Source: Octopus vulgaris (taxonomy: Eukaryota). From it: a stretch of 64,000 bases of DNA. The DNA is taken from contig OX597821.1 in assembly GCA_951406725.2 (NCBI GenBank), positions 46,128,001 through 46,192,000 on the forward strand. Direction: 5' to 3'. This document shows, piece by piece, positions 1 to 11,779 of the stretch. Position 1 is the stretch's first letter. The number at the start of each line of letters is the position of its first letter. The position numbers and the translations under genes are program-made. The notes under the pieces were generated by a model. It was not told the DNA's origin. It made no database searches and was given only the letters and a program-made list of their open reading frames with translations.

Positions 1-55
1 TCCTCCTCCTCTTCTTCTTCTTCTTCTTCTTTTCTCTTCTTCTTCCTCTGCTTCT

Positions 56-131
<76 letters not shown>

Positions 132-208
132 TTTCTTCTTCTTTTTCTTCTTCTTCTTCTTCTTCTTCTTCTTCTTCTTCTTCTTCTTCTTCTTCTTCTT
201 CTTCTTCT
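1..208. repeat. (CTT)n microsatellite
   Basis: Near-perfect TTC/CTT tandem array. Confidence 0.97.
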
Positions 209-694
209 ACCTTCCCCCAAAACAAGCACATATAGACTCCGGCGGGGGGGGGAGCCTTCTACGTGGACGTTCTATCTACTAGGAGTAGCAGCCTAACCAC
301 CCTCAAATTATACAACACCGTCTTTGAAAAACCAGGATATTGACCCCTATCATTGCATCTATATAAATTTTGACCATACGTCTGCATCGTCAGGGTTGAC
401 TTGGGGGCTAAACAGTAACCCATTCCTGTTAGGTCGCCTCTTACTTTTACTCCCTACCTCAATTTTTCTCTCATTGTCTCCCTTTAAACAACACTTCTTC
501 ATTTCTTCTCTTTTACATCTGTCTCTCTCATTCTCTATCTCGCTCGTCTTCCATTATGTCTCTCCCTCTCATTCACTCTTTTCTCTCTCTCTCTCTCTCA
601 CATTATCACCTCTCTTTCTCTATCACTTTGTCTCTTTTTCTCTCCCTCCCGTCAACCTACCTTTTATTCTCCACATCATTTATCTTATGCATAA

Positions 695-1091
695 CTAGCA
701 GTATCGCCCGGCGTTGCTCGGGTTTGTAAGGGAAATAACTATATAAGCATTTTTAGAGAGTTATAGCCAAAAAATAGCAAAAAAATGCATTAAAAATGGA
801 AAAAAATGATGGTAAATTTTTTTTTAAATCGTTGACTCATCCTAGACATTTTTAGAGAGTTACTTCCCTTATATAATAGCGAAAAAATGCATTAAAATGG
901 AAAAAAATTATGGTAAATTTTTTTTTAAATCGTAGACTCATCGTAGATGCGCGCTAATACCCAGAAGGGCTCGATATGAATCACGACTATAAGATACCCG
1001 GTTTTGGTTAAACTGCACCGCAAAATGTGGGAGTAGTTAGGAATCTAAATCGTAGGAGACAGGCACACAACCTTACTTTTATATATAAAGA
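695..1091 (-). mobile_element. Non-autonomous Helitron, short variant with internal duplication
   Basis: Minus strand starts TCTTTATATATAAAAG and ends CCCGAGCAACGCCGGG hairpin + CGATACTG-CTAG followed by T; homologous to 15543-15838. Confidence 0.85.
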
Positions 1092-1597
1092 CTAGCAGTA
1101 TCGCCCGGCGTTGCTCGGGTTTGTAAGGGAAATAACTATATAAGCATTTTTAGAGAGTTACTTCCCTTATAAATTCGGGCTTTCTTAGCCATTTTTGTTT
1201 TGGTGTCTTCAAGCCATGAAGTCGTTGTTCTAAAAGAACGCTGGTTTCCTTCACAATGCATTACGACGTTGATTTCTTTACACTCCCTTCCCCACAGCTT
1301 CACGAGGGAGGGAAGGGGGAGAAGCAAACAGGTGCAGCTGTGAGCGTGGACGCCAACTCCGCCGCCATCGACATACGATGCATTTTATGCATTAAAATGG
1401 AATAAAAAATGATGTTAAATTATTTTTAAAATCGTAGACTCATCGTTGACGCGCGCTAATAGTCAGACGGGCTCGATATGAATCACGACTATCAGATACC
1501 CGAATTTGGTTAAACTGCACCGCAAAATGTGGGAGGAGTTAGGAATCTAAATCGAAGGGGACAGACACTCACACAACTAGAGTTTTATATATATAGA
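1092..1597 (-). mobile_element. Non-autonomous Helitron, long variant
   Basis: A^TC 5' end, 3' hairpin + CTAG, no TSD; homologous to 10230-10742. Confidence 0.85.
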
Positions 1598-1894
1598 TAT
1601 ATTCGACGCAATGAATACACTCGAACATTACCGATTTAAAAATGAACATCCAAAACAATCATCTTGAACTTTCACCCAATCCATTGAGCCCAATTTTCAA
1701 CACGAATATTAAGAAACGAAGCTAGACCACGTAGTTTCGCACTGAACTTACAAAAATAATAACTTCTCATATGGCCGCAGCGAATATCCGCACAGATAGA
1801 AAATGTCAATGGTAAAATACTTATTGAGAAATAGCTTTGATATTCTCTTCCACAAACGAAGCACAAGGTAAAGAGATGCACAGAATAAAAGAAA

Positions 1895-2150
1895 CACTCA
1901 TCATCATTGTTCGACCGTGGTCGAGACAATGGAATTTACTATGTTACGCCAGACTTCACGGTCCATCATAGCATTATGGAGGTCCTGTTGCTGGATGCCT
2001 GTATCCCTGGAGATTACATCAGGGTAGGAGAGTGTGCGCCCTCTGGTATTGCGAGTAGATGGCTTCCAGAGGAGAAGAGTAGAAATTACTTCTTTTTCAG
2101 CTCTACAACAATGTCCAGCAAACTGGACTCTCCTACCTTTCACAAGGTAG
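1895..2150 (-). mobile_element. RTE-clade LINE 3' end (C-terminal ORF fragment + (TGA)n tail)
   Basis: ORF 1904-2143 reads RRVQFAGHCCR...LLLWKP...GR..L.Y.D...D.G......AMMDREVWR, typical of the RTE C-terminus, followed by a short tandem tail. Confidence 0.8.
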
Positions 2151-2268
2151 AGTAGTGTTTCAAAGAAACACTACTCCACAGGTATTATTTTAATAAAGTG
2201 GGAGCCGAAATTGTAGATCAGCACAAGTAAGTATGTAGCATCACGAATACCTCAAAGAATATACTTTA

Positions 2269-2431
2269 GGCGCAGGAGTGGTTGTGTGTCAAGAAGCTGG
2301 CTTCCTAACCACATGGTTCCGAGTTTAACCCTCGGCCGACCAAAGCCTTGCGAGTCGATTTGCTAGACGGAAACTGTAAGAAACCCGTCGTGTATATATG
2401 TTTGCATGTGTGCATGTATGTGAGTGTGTGT

Positions 2432-2489
<58 letters not shown>

Positions 2490-3015
2490 ATGTGTGTGAG
2501 CGTGCGCGTGTGTGCATATTGTGTCATTGAGTTTGTATTTGTCTTCCACCACCGTATGACAACCGGTGTTGGTGTGTTTACGTCCGTGCAGGAGTGGCTA
2601 TGTGTCAAGAAGCTGGCTTCCTAACCATATGGTAGCAAGTTTAACCCTCGGCCGACCAAAGCCTTGCGAGTCGATTTGCTAGACGGAAACTGTAAGAAAC
2701 CCGTCGTGTATATATGTTTGCATGTGCGTATGTATGTGAGTGTGTGTGTGTGTGTGTGTATGTGTGTGCGTGTATGTGTGTGAGAGAGCGTGCGCGTGTG
2801 TGCATATTGTGTAATTGAGTTTGTATTTGTCTTCCACCACCGTATGACAACCGGTGTTGGTGTGTTTACGTCCCAGTAATTTAGCGGTTCGGCAAAAAGG
2901 ACCAACAGAATAAGTACTACGCTTTAAAAAAACAAGTAAAAGTACAGTGGTTGATTCATTCGACTAAAAATTTTTCAAGTGGGTGCCTCAGCATGGACTG
3001 AAACAAGTAAAAGAG
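2269..3015 (+). mobile_element. tRNA-derived SINE family A, tandemly duplicated and internally deleted
   Basis: GGCGCAGGAGTGG head, internal (TG)n, tail CAGCATGG..CTGAAACAAGTAAAAGAG; units 2272-2586 and 2587-2873 share the same deletion. Confidence 0.85.
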
Positions 3016-3147
3016 GAAAGAGAAAAGATTAAGAATACAATAAGTGCACATGGAATGTATTATTTGAATCAGATACCAACTGACTGTAGAATAAACAAAC
3101 ACACTCTCAAAAATCTTGTAAAACAGAGCATTATAGCGGGCTATACA

Positions 3148-3563
3148 CTCTTTTCTCTTTTACTCTTTTACTTGTTTCAGTCATTTGACTGCGGCCATGC
3201 TGGAGCACCGCCTTTAGTCGAGCAAATCGACCCCGGGACTTATTCTTTGTAAGCCCAGTACTTATTCTATCGGTCTCTTTTGCCGAACCGCTAAGTGACG
3301 GGGACGTAAACACACCAGCATCGGTTGTCAAGCAATGCTAGGGGGACAAACACAGACACACAAACATGTACACACGCACTTATATATATATACATATATA
3401 CGACAGGCTTCTTTCAGTTTCCGTCTACCAAATCCACTCATACGGCATTGGTCGGCCCGGGGCTATAGCAGAAGACACTTGCCCAAGATGCCACGCAGTG
3501 GGACTGAACCCGGAACCATGTGGTTGTTTAGCAAGCTACTTACCACACAGCCACTCATGCGCC
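3148..3563 (-). mobile_element. SINE family A, full length
   Basis: tRNA-like head with A/B-box-like motifs (TGGCTGTGTGG, GGTTCAGTCCC), internal microsatellite, conserved tail; near-identical to 27410-27843 and 32973-33376. Confidence 0.92.
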
Positions 3564-3619
3564 TAATCATAACCCTAATCATAAACTACAAAAACAGTAA
3601 AATTAAGCATTTTTATAAA

Positions 3620-3670
3620 AACGGTGCTCCAGCATGGCCACAGCTCTGAGCTGAAACTACAAAAAAAAAA
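3620..3670 (+). mobile_element. Extreme 3' end of CR1/L2-group LINE, severely 5'-truncated
   Basis: CGGTGCTCCAGCATGGCCACAGCTCTGAGCTGAAACTA + A-run matches the LINE tail at about 56206-56250; a similar stub lies at 48121-48170. Confidence 0.7.
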
Positions 3671-3914
3671 CCCCCACATCACAAGTGTGTAAACCAATGA
3701 GCGTGCTACAAGTGGTCGTAAATTAAGCCTAATCAAAAACTGCAAAGACACCAAAATTAAAACATTCTTATTTATACCAAATCACATTGTAAACCTGTGA
3801 ACAAGTTACAAATGACTAATGTGATTCATAAATTCGATTGCAAACGCGAATATTGAGCAGTTTGTTACCTATGCAAACTTTTGCAAAAAAAAAAAAAAAA
3901 AGAAATATAACATG

Positions 3915-4243
3915 TGACTTCATTGACCGAGGTTACCGTGGTCTTTTCCGTAGGCTTTTCTTTCCACGCGTAAACCTCACCTGTCCTCCCCTTTACACTT
4001 CATATTGACATTTCTGTGATTACGATCCCTATTGATCAACTTTTTTTTCCTCTCCCCTTTTCTTTTTTTTCCCTCTCCCCCACCTTTTTTAAAAATCCTC
4101 CCCCTTTTTTTGTCCTCTTTCTTTCCTTTTACGATCCCTTTTGATCGAAAACCAACCCCCTTTTTTTTTACCCCCAAAAGAAAAGCTCTACCTTGTAATT
4201 TGTTCTGTCTGTGTGCAGCCCTGTGTGGCTAATAAAGAAACAT
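3915..4243 (+). mobile_element. Probable LINE 3'UTR fragment
   Basis: Ends AAAAGCTCTACCTTGTAAT...GCAGCCCTGTGTGGCTAATAAAGAAACATA; the same end occurs on the minus strand at 57695-57790. Confidence 0.6.
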
Positions 4244-4489
4244 ATTATACTGGTCATATTAGTATGACACTGCCCTACCGGCTGACCATACACTTAGAAT
4301 AAGGAGTAACTAATGCACTACATCATACAACATAAAAGAAAACAGCGGTAGAAAAATATTAATGGGCAGTTCATCCAACTCTCCCGCCTCATTCACTTTG
4401 TCTCTCATAAACACACATTCCCTCTCTCTCTCTCGCACCCCACACTCTCCCGCTCCTCCTCACTCACCATGTGCCATGCCTACAGGTGT

Positions 4490-4990
4490 TAATGATCGTG
4501 GACCGCCATACCAGAGTTTGATGAAGAATCACTTTTCTTGGGAAGGCGCATGATTTCTCCTTACCTTTTATCAGTTTATCTGCAGTTTGCTCTCTTAATC
4601 TCCTGCTCTTTCGGGTTTTAGATTGAGGCGCAGGGTCTATTTAACCAGCTAGTGAGGGACCGCTTTGCATTACATCAGGGGTAACACATATCTAGGGGTC
4701 AGTCCTCCTCCGAGTCCTGCATGTCTGTATTTTTCTGCTATTTCACCCATAAATAGGGACCTTGACTGGAGCTACCACCTTGGGCCTGAGAAGACATGAG
4801 AATAGTAGACTAAGGGGTAGCACCATACTCCCTTAAGACTCCTGAAATCCCTGAAAGTCGGAGCCTTACCACCAGCGATGCAGCTTAATGTATTGCCCAG
4901 AACAAAACTCAATGACAGCTGAGTTTTCTCTATAGCTATCACGATAGCTCTGCCTATTATAAAGAGGCTGTGATACACACCAGCATCACT
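4490..4990 (-). mobile_element. Highly degenerate non-LTR reverse transcriptase remnant
   Basis: PQGG-like motif (CCCAAGGTGGT) and codon-like composition; many frame breaks. Confidence 0.25.
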
Positions 4991-5640
4991 TAATCCTGAA
5001 GATAATACTACGAAAGTGAGGGAACAGTGGTGAAGGAAGTAGGAACTTTACTGTTCCAAACAAGCTACAGAGATTTCACACGAAAATATAAAAAAGACCT
5101 TGATAGAATAAGATAAACCTACCATACATACAATTGTGCTTTCTCTCACTATATTTCTTCGATACTATGTCGTCCCTCACCCTCTCTTTCTCTTTCATGC
5201 CACCTACTCCTACAGAACGCCAACTCCGCTTTCTTGTAGGCCTTTATGTCTCACTCTGATAACGTGCGTCCAGGATTTCTCTCCATTCAAATTGTATTTA
5301 GACGAAAGTCTTTTTAATAATTTCCTCAACGCCAGCGTTCTTCCTGGTTGTCTCTGTCGCAAGTAGAAAGACAGATTCTTTGTTAATATTATATAACCGA
5401 GTCTTAAATCTCCGTCCTGTGTTTTTTTCAGTTGTAAGACTTCGTTTTATTTTGTTTTAACTTAGGCTCTTTCCAGCTGAGCGATTCCAACTTTTTCCCA
5501 GCGCCGAAATTCTACTGACTTTAGTTAAAAAGTTGCCTGATAAAATAGATTTAAGGCTTATGCTTTTTTTCCCCTGTTTATTGTTGTACACATCCTTTAC
5601 CATTACTTATGTTTCATTTGCATACATTCATGCATATATT

Positions 5641-5735
5641 TATGTATGTATGTATGTATGTATGTATGTATGTATGTATGTATGTATGTATGTATGTATG
5701 TATGTATGTATGTATTTATGGATGTATGTATGTAT
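5641..5735. repeat. (TATG)n microsatellite
   Basis: Direct observation. Confidence 0.95.
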
Positions 5736-6522
5736 ACACACATACATAGATACATGTATCCATGAGACCATAAGCCTGTCCGATATTCTAATAACATACC
5801 AGCTTTGGAGACATTCTTGATTCTTAAGATTATCTCCCCTCCTCATATGGGGATGGTCTCAACTGCGAATTGACAATAGAGTCGTATCCTCTAGAGGCTG
5901 AGATGAATTTGATAAATCAAGAATTTATGTCATATGGTATTTGATATACCTGTATTTATATGCACACACACACACACACACTCACATACATACACACATA
6001 CGCACATATATGTGTATGTACGTATATATGTAGAGAGAGAGAAAGGTGGGACAGAGAGGGAGAGAAAGAGAGAAAGAGAAAGGAAGGGAGAGAGACATAC
6101 GTAAATAATACATACATACATGCATACATACGTACGTACATACAAGGTCCCGCTCTATTAAAATTTTAAATAATGCCTTCATTGTCTTATAATAGAAATT
6201 GACTTTTGCACTTTGAATTCCTAAGTGATGGTAAGCAGAACCTTGTTAGTGAGAAAGATGGCGTTTCTTCTTTTAATCCTTATGAAGTGGTCGAGAGCAT
6301 TAGTCCGTTTCACCAGAGCACTTTGCCAGGTTTATGAGCCAATGTCTCAAACGCATCCTCCAACGGAGATATTTTTTTAAAATGAAAAGCACCAAAACAC
6401 ACAGAGAAAACAGTCTTCTGCAAATGCTTCCTCCCAGGCTTGTTGGAAGGAAGAAACTGAAGAATATTTCTAAGTTACCTATCTAATTCATAATTGTTCT
6501 AAGTTATTTTCTTAATTATCCT

Positions 6523-6591
<69 letters not shown>

Positions 6592-6602
<11 letters not shown>

Positions 6603-6888
6603 TTAGAGACAAAACCACTATTATGCAAATCAAACATAGTTCAAAATTGCATAGAAGGTCTTGAAACCACCTGATGAATGTCCATTGAAGTGACAAGAAA
6701 CGATCGTAGTGGATATCTTAATTATATTTAATTTATATAAAAATTTTTATGTATTGGATTAAGTCTTTCTTTGTTTGATTTGCATAATAGTGGTTTTGTC
6801 TCTAATTAATATTATATTATATTTTACTATAAAATTGGATTCAATCCTAAATCTGATTTTTCCCTGTAAATTTGGATTTATTCCCTAA

Positions 6889-6900
<12 letters not shown>
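6592..6900 (+). mobile_element. Penelope-like pseudo-LTR-type insert between (TA)n tracts with an approximately 45-bp inverted repeat
   Basis: 6592-6636 is the reverse complement of about 6772-6816 and encloses a hammerhead motif. Confidence 0.6.
6667..6712 (+). ncRNA. Minimal type-I hammerhead ribozyme motif
   Basis: ccac-CTGATGA-a-tgtc[cattgaagt]gaca-a-GAA-acgatcgT-A-gtgg: stems I and II, palindromic stem III, GUA cleavage triplet. Confidence 0.75.
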
Positions 6901-6939
<39 letters not shown>

Positions 6940-7256
6940 TATCACTCTAAACTAACTGCTGCTTTTAATGCAGATGATGTCTCTGTCTTATTCTGTAAAC
7001 TGTTATATTTTCCACTGTCAATAAATGTAATGTCGTGGAGATTTACTCTCTAATTATCTGGTTATAACTTTGACAAATAGGGTCAAGTCAATGCTTTGCT
7101 GATGAGGTCAAAATAAGATCAAATTAAACCTAGAGTTATCTAGAGATGCCTAAATACATGGAACTTGCATTAATCATCCACTCATTATGTTTTATTTTTC
7201 GTCTCATTATTTTTTTATTAATTTCATTCTCTCGCATTAACTATGCCAACACTAAC

Positions 7257-7398
7257 TTAACGACCCGTCGCCCTGTTTAACACTTCCACCTTGGCTGTTT
7301 TGATAGCGCTCACTATGCTGCAAGCATCGGGCCACGTATTTGGTCTGGATATAATATCCTTCTTTTCACCAGTCATGGAGGCCTTTCCTCTGGCTAAG
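7257..7398 (-). CDS. Candidate terminal coding exon, product unknown
   Basis: Strong acceptor (ttttttttttgtttttaatag) then c+LARGKASMTGEKKDIISRPNTWPDACSIVSAIKTAKVEVLNRATGR*; unique, GC-richer sequence; the other two frames close early. Confidence 0.35.
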
Positions 7399-7854
7399 CT
7401 ATTAAAAACAAAAAAAAATATACATATTAATTAATATTTTGGGCTTCATTAAGCTAAAATGGTGGTGTAACAGCCGAGAGAATAATAACAGACACCATTT
7501 AAGATAGAAATATTGCCAGGGTGATGATGTTCACAATATGCATTCGAAACTTAATATTTCCTGCTGGCAAAGGCTGTCAGGTTGGACAGGACACCATACA
7601 AGTACTGTTTCTCTATAGTCTAGATTTGAATCGTATCGAGCTCGACCTCCACCCGACAAAGGCGATAAATACCGTGTCTATGATATTATACTGATTCAGT
7701 TCCGTATATTAGCGCCCCTCCTTTCCAATATTGCCCACCCAACCCCATTGGCTAAGCAAACGGAATCAACCAATATCCAAATCATTCTTGATTATCAGAT
7801 TTATAGAAGTACAATAGAAAATTTTATCTATTTCCAAAAGACAATCTTTTATTA

Positions 7855-8052
7855 GCTTACAGATTTCAGTCGTCGGATGCGGCCATGCTGGGGCACTAAT
7901 TTATGCTTGATTACTATATCAATACAATTAATATTTTATCAAGTTCAGAATAACGGAAAGCAAGTAAACCTGCGATTTTAAAATTCGTAACCAAAAAGAC
8001 CTAACCAAATTCTACAAGTTATTTGGTTCGACGCACCACCGATACTGTCACC
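7855..8052 (-). mobile_element. Old degenerate SINE (B-like head, A-like tail)
   Basis: Tail GTGCCCCAGCATGGCCGCA..GACTGAAA on the minus strand, with a degenerate tRNA head at 8020-8052. Confidence 0.5.
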
Positions 8053-8300
8053 CATTCTCCACCATTTCTTTCAACGCTCAACTGATTTTGTTAACCACCC
8101 TTTACCATTTCTTTCGATGATTCACCGATTTACCAACCATCCACTATCATTTCGGTCGACAGCGCCACCGATTCTTCCAACCATTCTCCACTATTACTTT
8201 CAACGAACCACCATTCTGCTAACGATTCTTCATCATTTCTTTCAACGCTCCACTAATTCCGCCAACTTTCGTCCCCTATTCGTTCGACGCTCCAGCCATC
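8029..8300. repeat. Degenerate minisatellite, approximately 42-bp period, about 6 units
   Basis: Recurring caacg/cgacg..ccaccgattc..caaccattctccaccatttcttt units. Confidence 0.65.
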
Positions 8301-8446
8301 CCCTATTATTTCTTACGACGCTTATGTGTAAATATGCGTGTGTTCTCCTTATCAATAACTTATGGGACAACGTATACACACTTGTGTGTCAGTGTGTTCG
8401 TGTAAATGCATGGTCCACCTATCTCTCCATGACTTTTGGTCTATGG

Positions 8447-8751
8447 CAGAGGTTCTCAAACTTTTTGAGCCACGGCCCCCTCATGGCCACACAATAACCT
8501 CGGGGCCCCTCCCCTATTTTTATGTATAATAAAACTTTTATATTTTGCTAATTTATGTATACTATGAATAATTTTATATTTAATACAATATTATATAATT
8601 TGTATACATAATACTATAATAATATAAATTCATAAGCGTCCCCCAAACCACTGCTTTTCACCCACTGCCTCTTTTTCTCTACCAGCACCTACCTGGACCC
8701 GATCAACACCCACCGGGAAGGGTGCGGTAGCGTACAGTTTGAGAACCTAGG
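8447..8751. mobile_element. hAT (Charlie-like) MITE
   Basis: TIRs CAGAGGTTCTCAAACT / AGTTTGAGAACCTAGG; exact 8-bp TSD GTCTATGG at 8439-8446 and 8752-8759. Confidence 0.9.
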
Positions 8752-8839
8752 GTCTATGGCATGTGCGTGCGTGTGCATGTGCATGTGAGTGTGTAATTGT
8801 GTGTGTTTATATGTGTGCGTGCGTGTTATGCTTCGTATG

Positions 8840-9399
8840 AGGTATGGAAAAAAATGGACCACCAAGGCAGCCAATCACAATTGATAATGAGTTCAGTTTC
8901 ACGCTGGACCATACATTTTTTTCTCTTCCTCTGCAAGAATTGCTGTGCTTCTGTGTATCTCACAGTGGACTAGAACCAGAAAGTAGTCATCATTTGGTCA
9001 ACTTTGGCATTGCTGAACACTGTAAGATGAGCAACCCGTACTGTTTGAATAGTCTTCGAATATTCGTGTATGTTACTTACCTTCGTCATATTGAACCAAC
9101 TGGAAAATGTATGTCATTCTTTTTCTGTATGTCTGTCTGTCTGTCTGTCTGTCTCTCTATCTCTGTCTCTCTCTTTCTCTCTCTCCCTGTATGTTTGTGT
9201 ACACGCAAACATAGACACCCTAATCCACGGATGGACGAACGGATGCGCGCGCGCACACACATACGCACACACACGCACATACAAACAAGTGCACACACAC
9301 ACACACACATACCATGCATGCACGTACATGCACCCACATACACACCATACATGCACCCACATACATACCATACATGCACGTACATGCACACACGCTCAT

Positions 9400-9464
<65 letters not shown>

Positions 9465-9690
9465 CACACACACACACACATGAAATGTCCTACAATAGTG
9501 AAGGAAATATGCATCGATCTATTTCGGTTTTGCATCCACTTTCCTTGCAAACAACCTTTTGTGTCTGGCACGTGGCACCCACCCTATATACCTGTTCGGG
9601 AGCGTGGCAAGCTTTGCACAAACTTACTCCAATTACCCAACATATTCTTTGCGCAGATTGTTCAGTAACAACACTTCCGTTTCTCTCCCG
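8840..9690 (-). mobile_element. Probable BEL/Pao integrase remnant split by (CA)n tracts
   Basis: Minus-strand fragments LLNNLRKE/CWVIG..C..C (Zn-finger region), IRRLF..YG, and WLPWWSIFF resembling APWWGGF.E. Confidence 0.4.
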
Positions 9691-9768
9691 CCTCTATCTC
9701 TCATACACACTCATCCCCCACACACACACGCATACACACACGCATACACACACGTATACACACACGTA

Positions 9769-9866
<98 letters not shown>

Positions 9867-9987
9867 CTCTCTCTTTTGCTCCCTCTCTGTATACATGTAC
9901 ACAGACACGCACGAACATACACGCGCATTAATATACGTGTACTTACATTTATGCATATGCGTTTATGAGGATATACATTTATATATT

Positions 9988-10033
<46 letters not shown>

Positions 10034-10058
10034 TGTGTGTGTGTGTGTGTGTGCGTGC

Positions 10059-10103
<45 letters not shown>

Positions 10104-10229
10104 TGTAAATGTGTGGTAAAACTTCAACAAATAGAAAAACACTTGATCAGCTAAGAGAATAAAAATAATCTTACAATAAAAAACACATAAATGTTTTAAA
10201 TGCAGCTATCCAGGGTTTCCTGGTCGAAA

Positions 10230-10742
10230 TCTATATATATAAAACTGTAGTTGTGTGAGTGTCTGTCCCCTTCGATTTAGATTCCTAACTACTCCCACAT
10301 TTTGCGGTGCAGTTTAACCAAATTCAGGTATCTTATAGTCGTGATTCATATCGAGCCAGTCTGGGTATTAGCGCGCGTCTACGATGAGTCTACGATTTTA
10401 AAAATAATTTAACATCATTTTTTATTCCATTTTAATGCATAATTTTTCGTGTGTCGATGGCGGCGGAGTTGGCGTCCACGCTCACATCTGCACCTGTTTG
10501 CTTCTCCCCCTTCTTCCTTCCCTCGTGAAGCTGTGGGGAAGGGAGTGTAAGGAAATCAACGTCGTAAAGCGTTGTCAAGGAGACCAGCGTTCTTTTAGAA
10601 CAACGACTTCATGGCTTGAAGACACCAAAACAGAAATGGCTAAGAAAGCCCGAATTGGCATCTATAAGGGAAGTAACTCTCTAAAAATGCTTATATAGTT
10701 ATTTCCCTTACAAACCCAAGCAACGCCGGGCGATACTGCTAG
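10230..10742 (+). mobile_element. Non-autonomous Helitron, long variant
   Basis: a^TCTATATATATAAAA ... CCCAAGCAACGCCGGG CGATACTG CTAG^t; AT target site, no TSD. Confidence 0.88.
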
Positions 10743-10759
10743 TTATTAATAAGAGGCAT

Positions 10760-11200
10760 TCAACAAACCCTTCGGTTTTTATCTGGAAACTTAAAGACGA
10801 AGAGACTGGTTTCGACATCAATTGAAAAAATCGTCTCCAAATCCAGACCCTATACTAACGGGTGCAAAAAATCTGTACTATGTTCTCTTGAAAAGCTGTA
10901 TCTCTTAAAATACTGGGGAAGCTCCAATGAATACATAAATTCGAACGAGATTTTTCCTGTATGTCTGCATTTCAAAAAATAAATCTTGTCTGAATTGAAA
11001 AGTAGGCCGCCAGATACTCAGTAAACTATGAACATCTTGTTAATGGTTTACTAAGTGTCCTGCTTGACATCGAAGTGTTGTAAGGTTGGTAATCCCACTA
11101 GTGTTTTTCTTGCTGTCTTCTTCTTTACGGGTGTCTCTTGCTTAAACGTTATCTGCTCAAAAGACAAATGACAAACGACCTTATTTTCAGCTTGATAAAT
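10760..11200 (-). mobile_element. Possible degenerate BEL/Pao RT remnant
   Basis: Weak motifs (HFDV resembling VFDA, ADIQEK resembling ADIEK) in the order and orientation expected relative to the integrase remnant. Confidence 0.25.
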
Positions 11201-11291
11201 TATATGCCAGAATAAATTATTATTTCAAGACCAGAAAATACTTGGTAGGTGTATTTACAAGATTTGTGGCGCATTTTCTTATTATTATAAG

Positions 11292-11369
<78 letters not shown>

Positions 11370-11779
11370 AAATTGCGAGGATGATCCGGTTCTTGACTGA
11401 AGATTAGAGGCTTCGAATGACCCGTCCGTGTTCTTTTGTATCGTCTCTTTGGCTGTTTTGCGTTCTTTTCCCATTTTGCATTTTATATACATATATATAT
11501 ATATATATATTTATGCATGCATGTATGTATGTATGCATGTATGTATGCATGCATTTATGTATGTATGTATGTATGCATGCATGTATGTATGTATGCATGT
11601 ATGTATGTATGTATGTATGTATGCATGCATGCATGCATGCATGCATGTATGTATTTATGTATGTATGTATGTATGCATGCATGTATGTATGTATGTATGC
11701 ATGCATGTATGTATGTATGTATGTATGTATGTATGTGTATATGTATATGTTAAAGTATTGATGTCCCAGTGGTCTGGCA

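Noticed and set aside
8844-9431. 195-aa plus-strand ORF as a host gene
   Set aside because: Its 3' half is microsatellite, and the 5' half is better explained as the antisense of an LTR integrase remnant.
11365-11485. Hammerhead at CTGAAGA (about 11397)
   Set aside because: No convincing GAAA or stem I/III pairing could be built.
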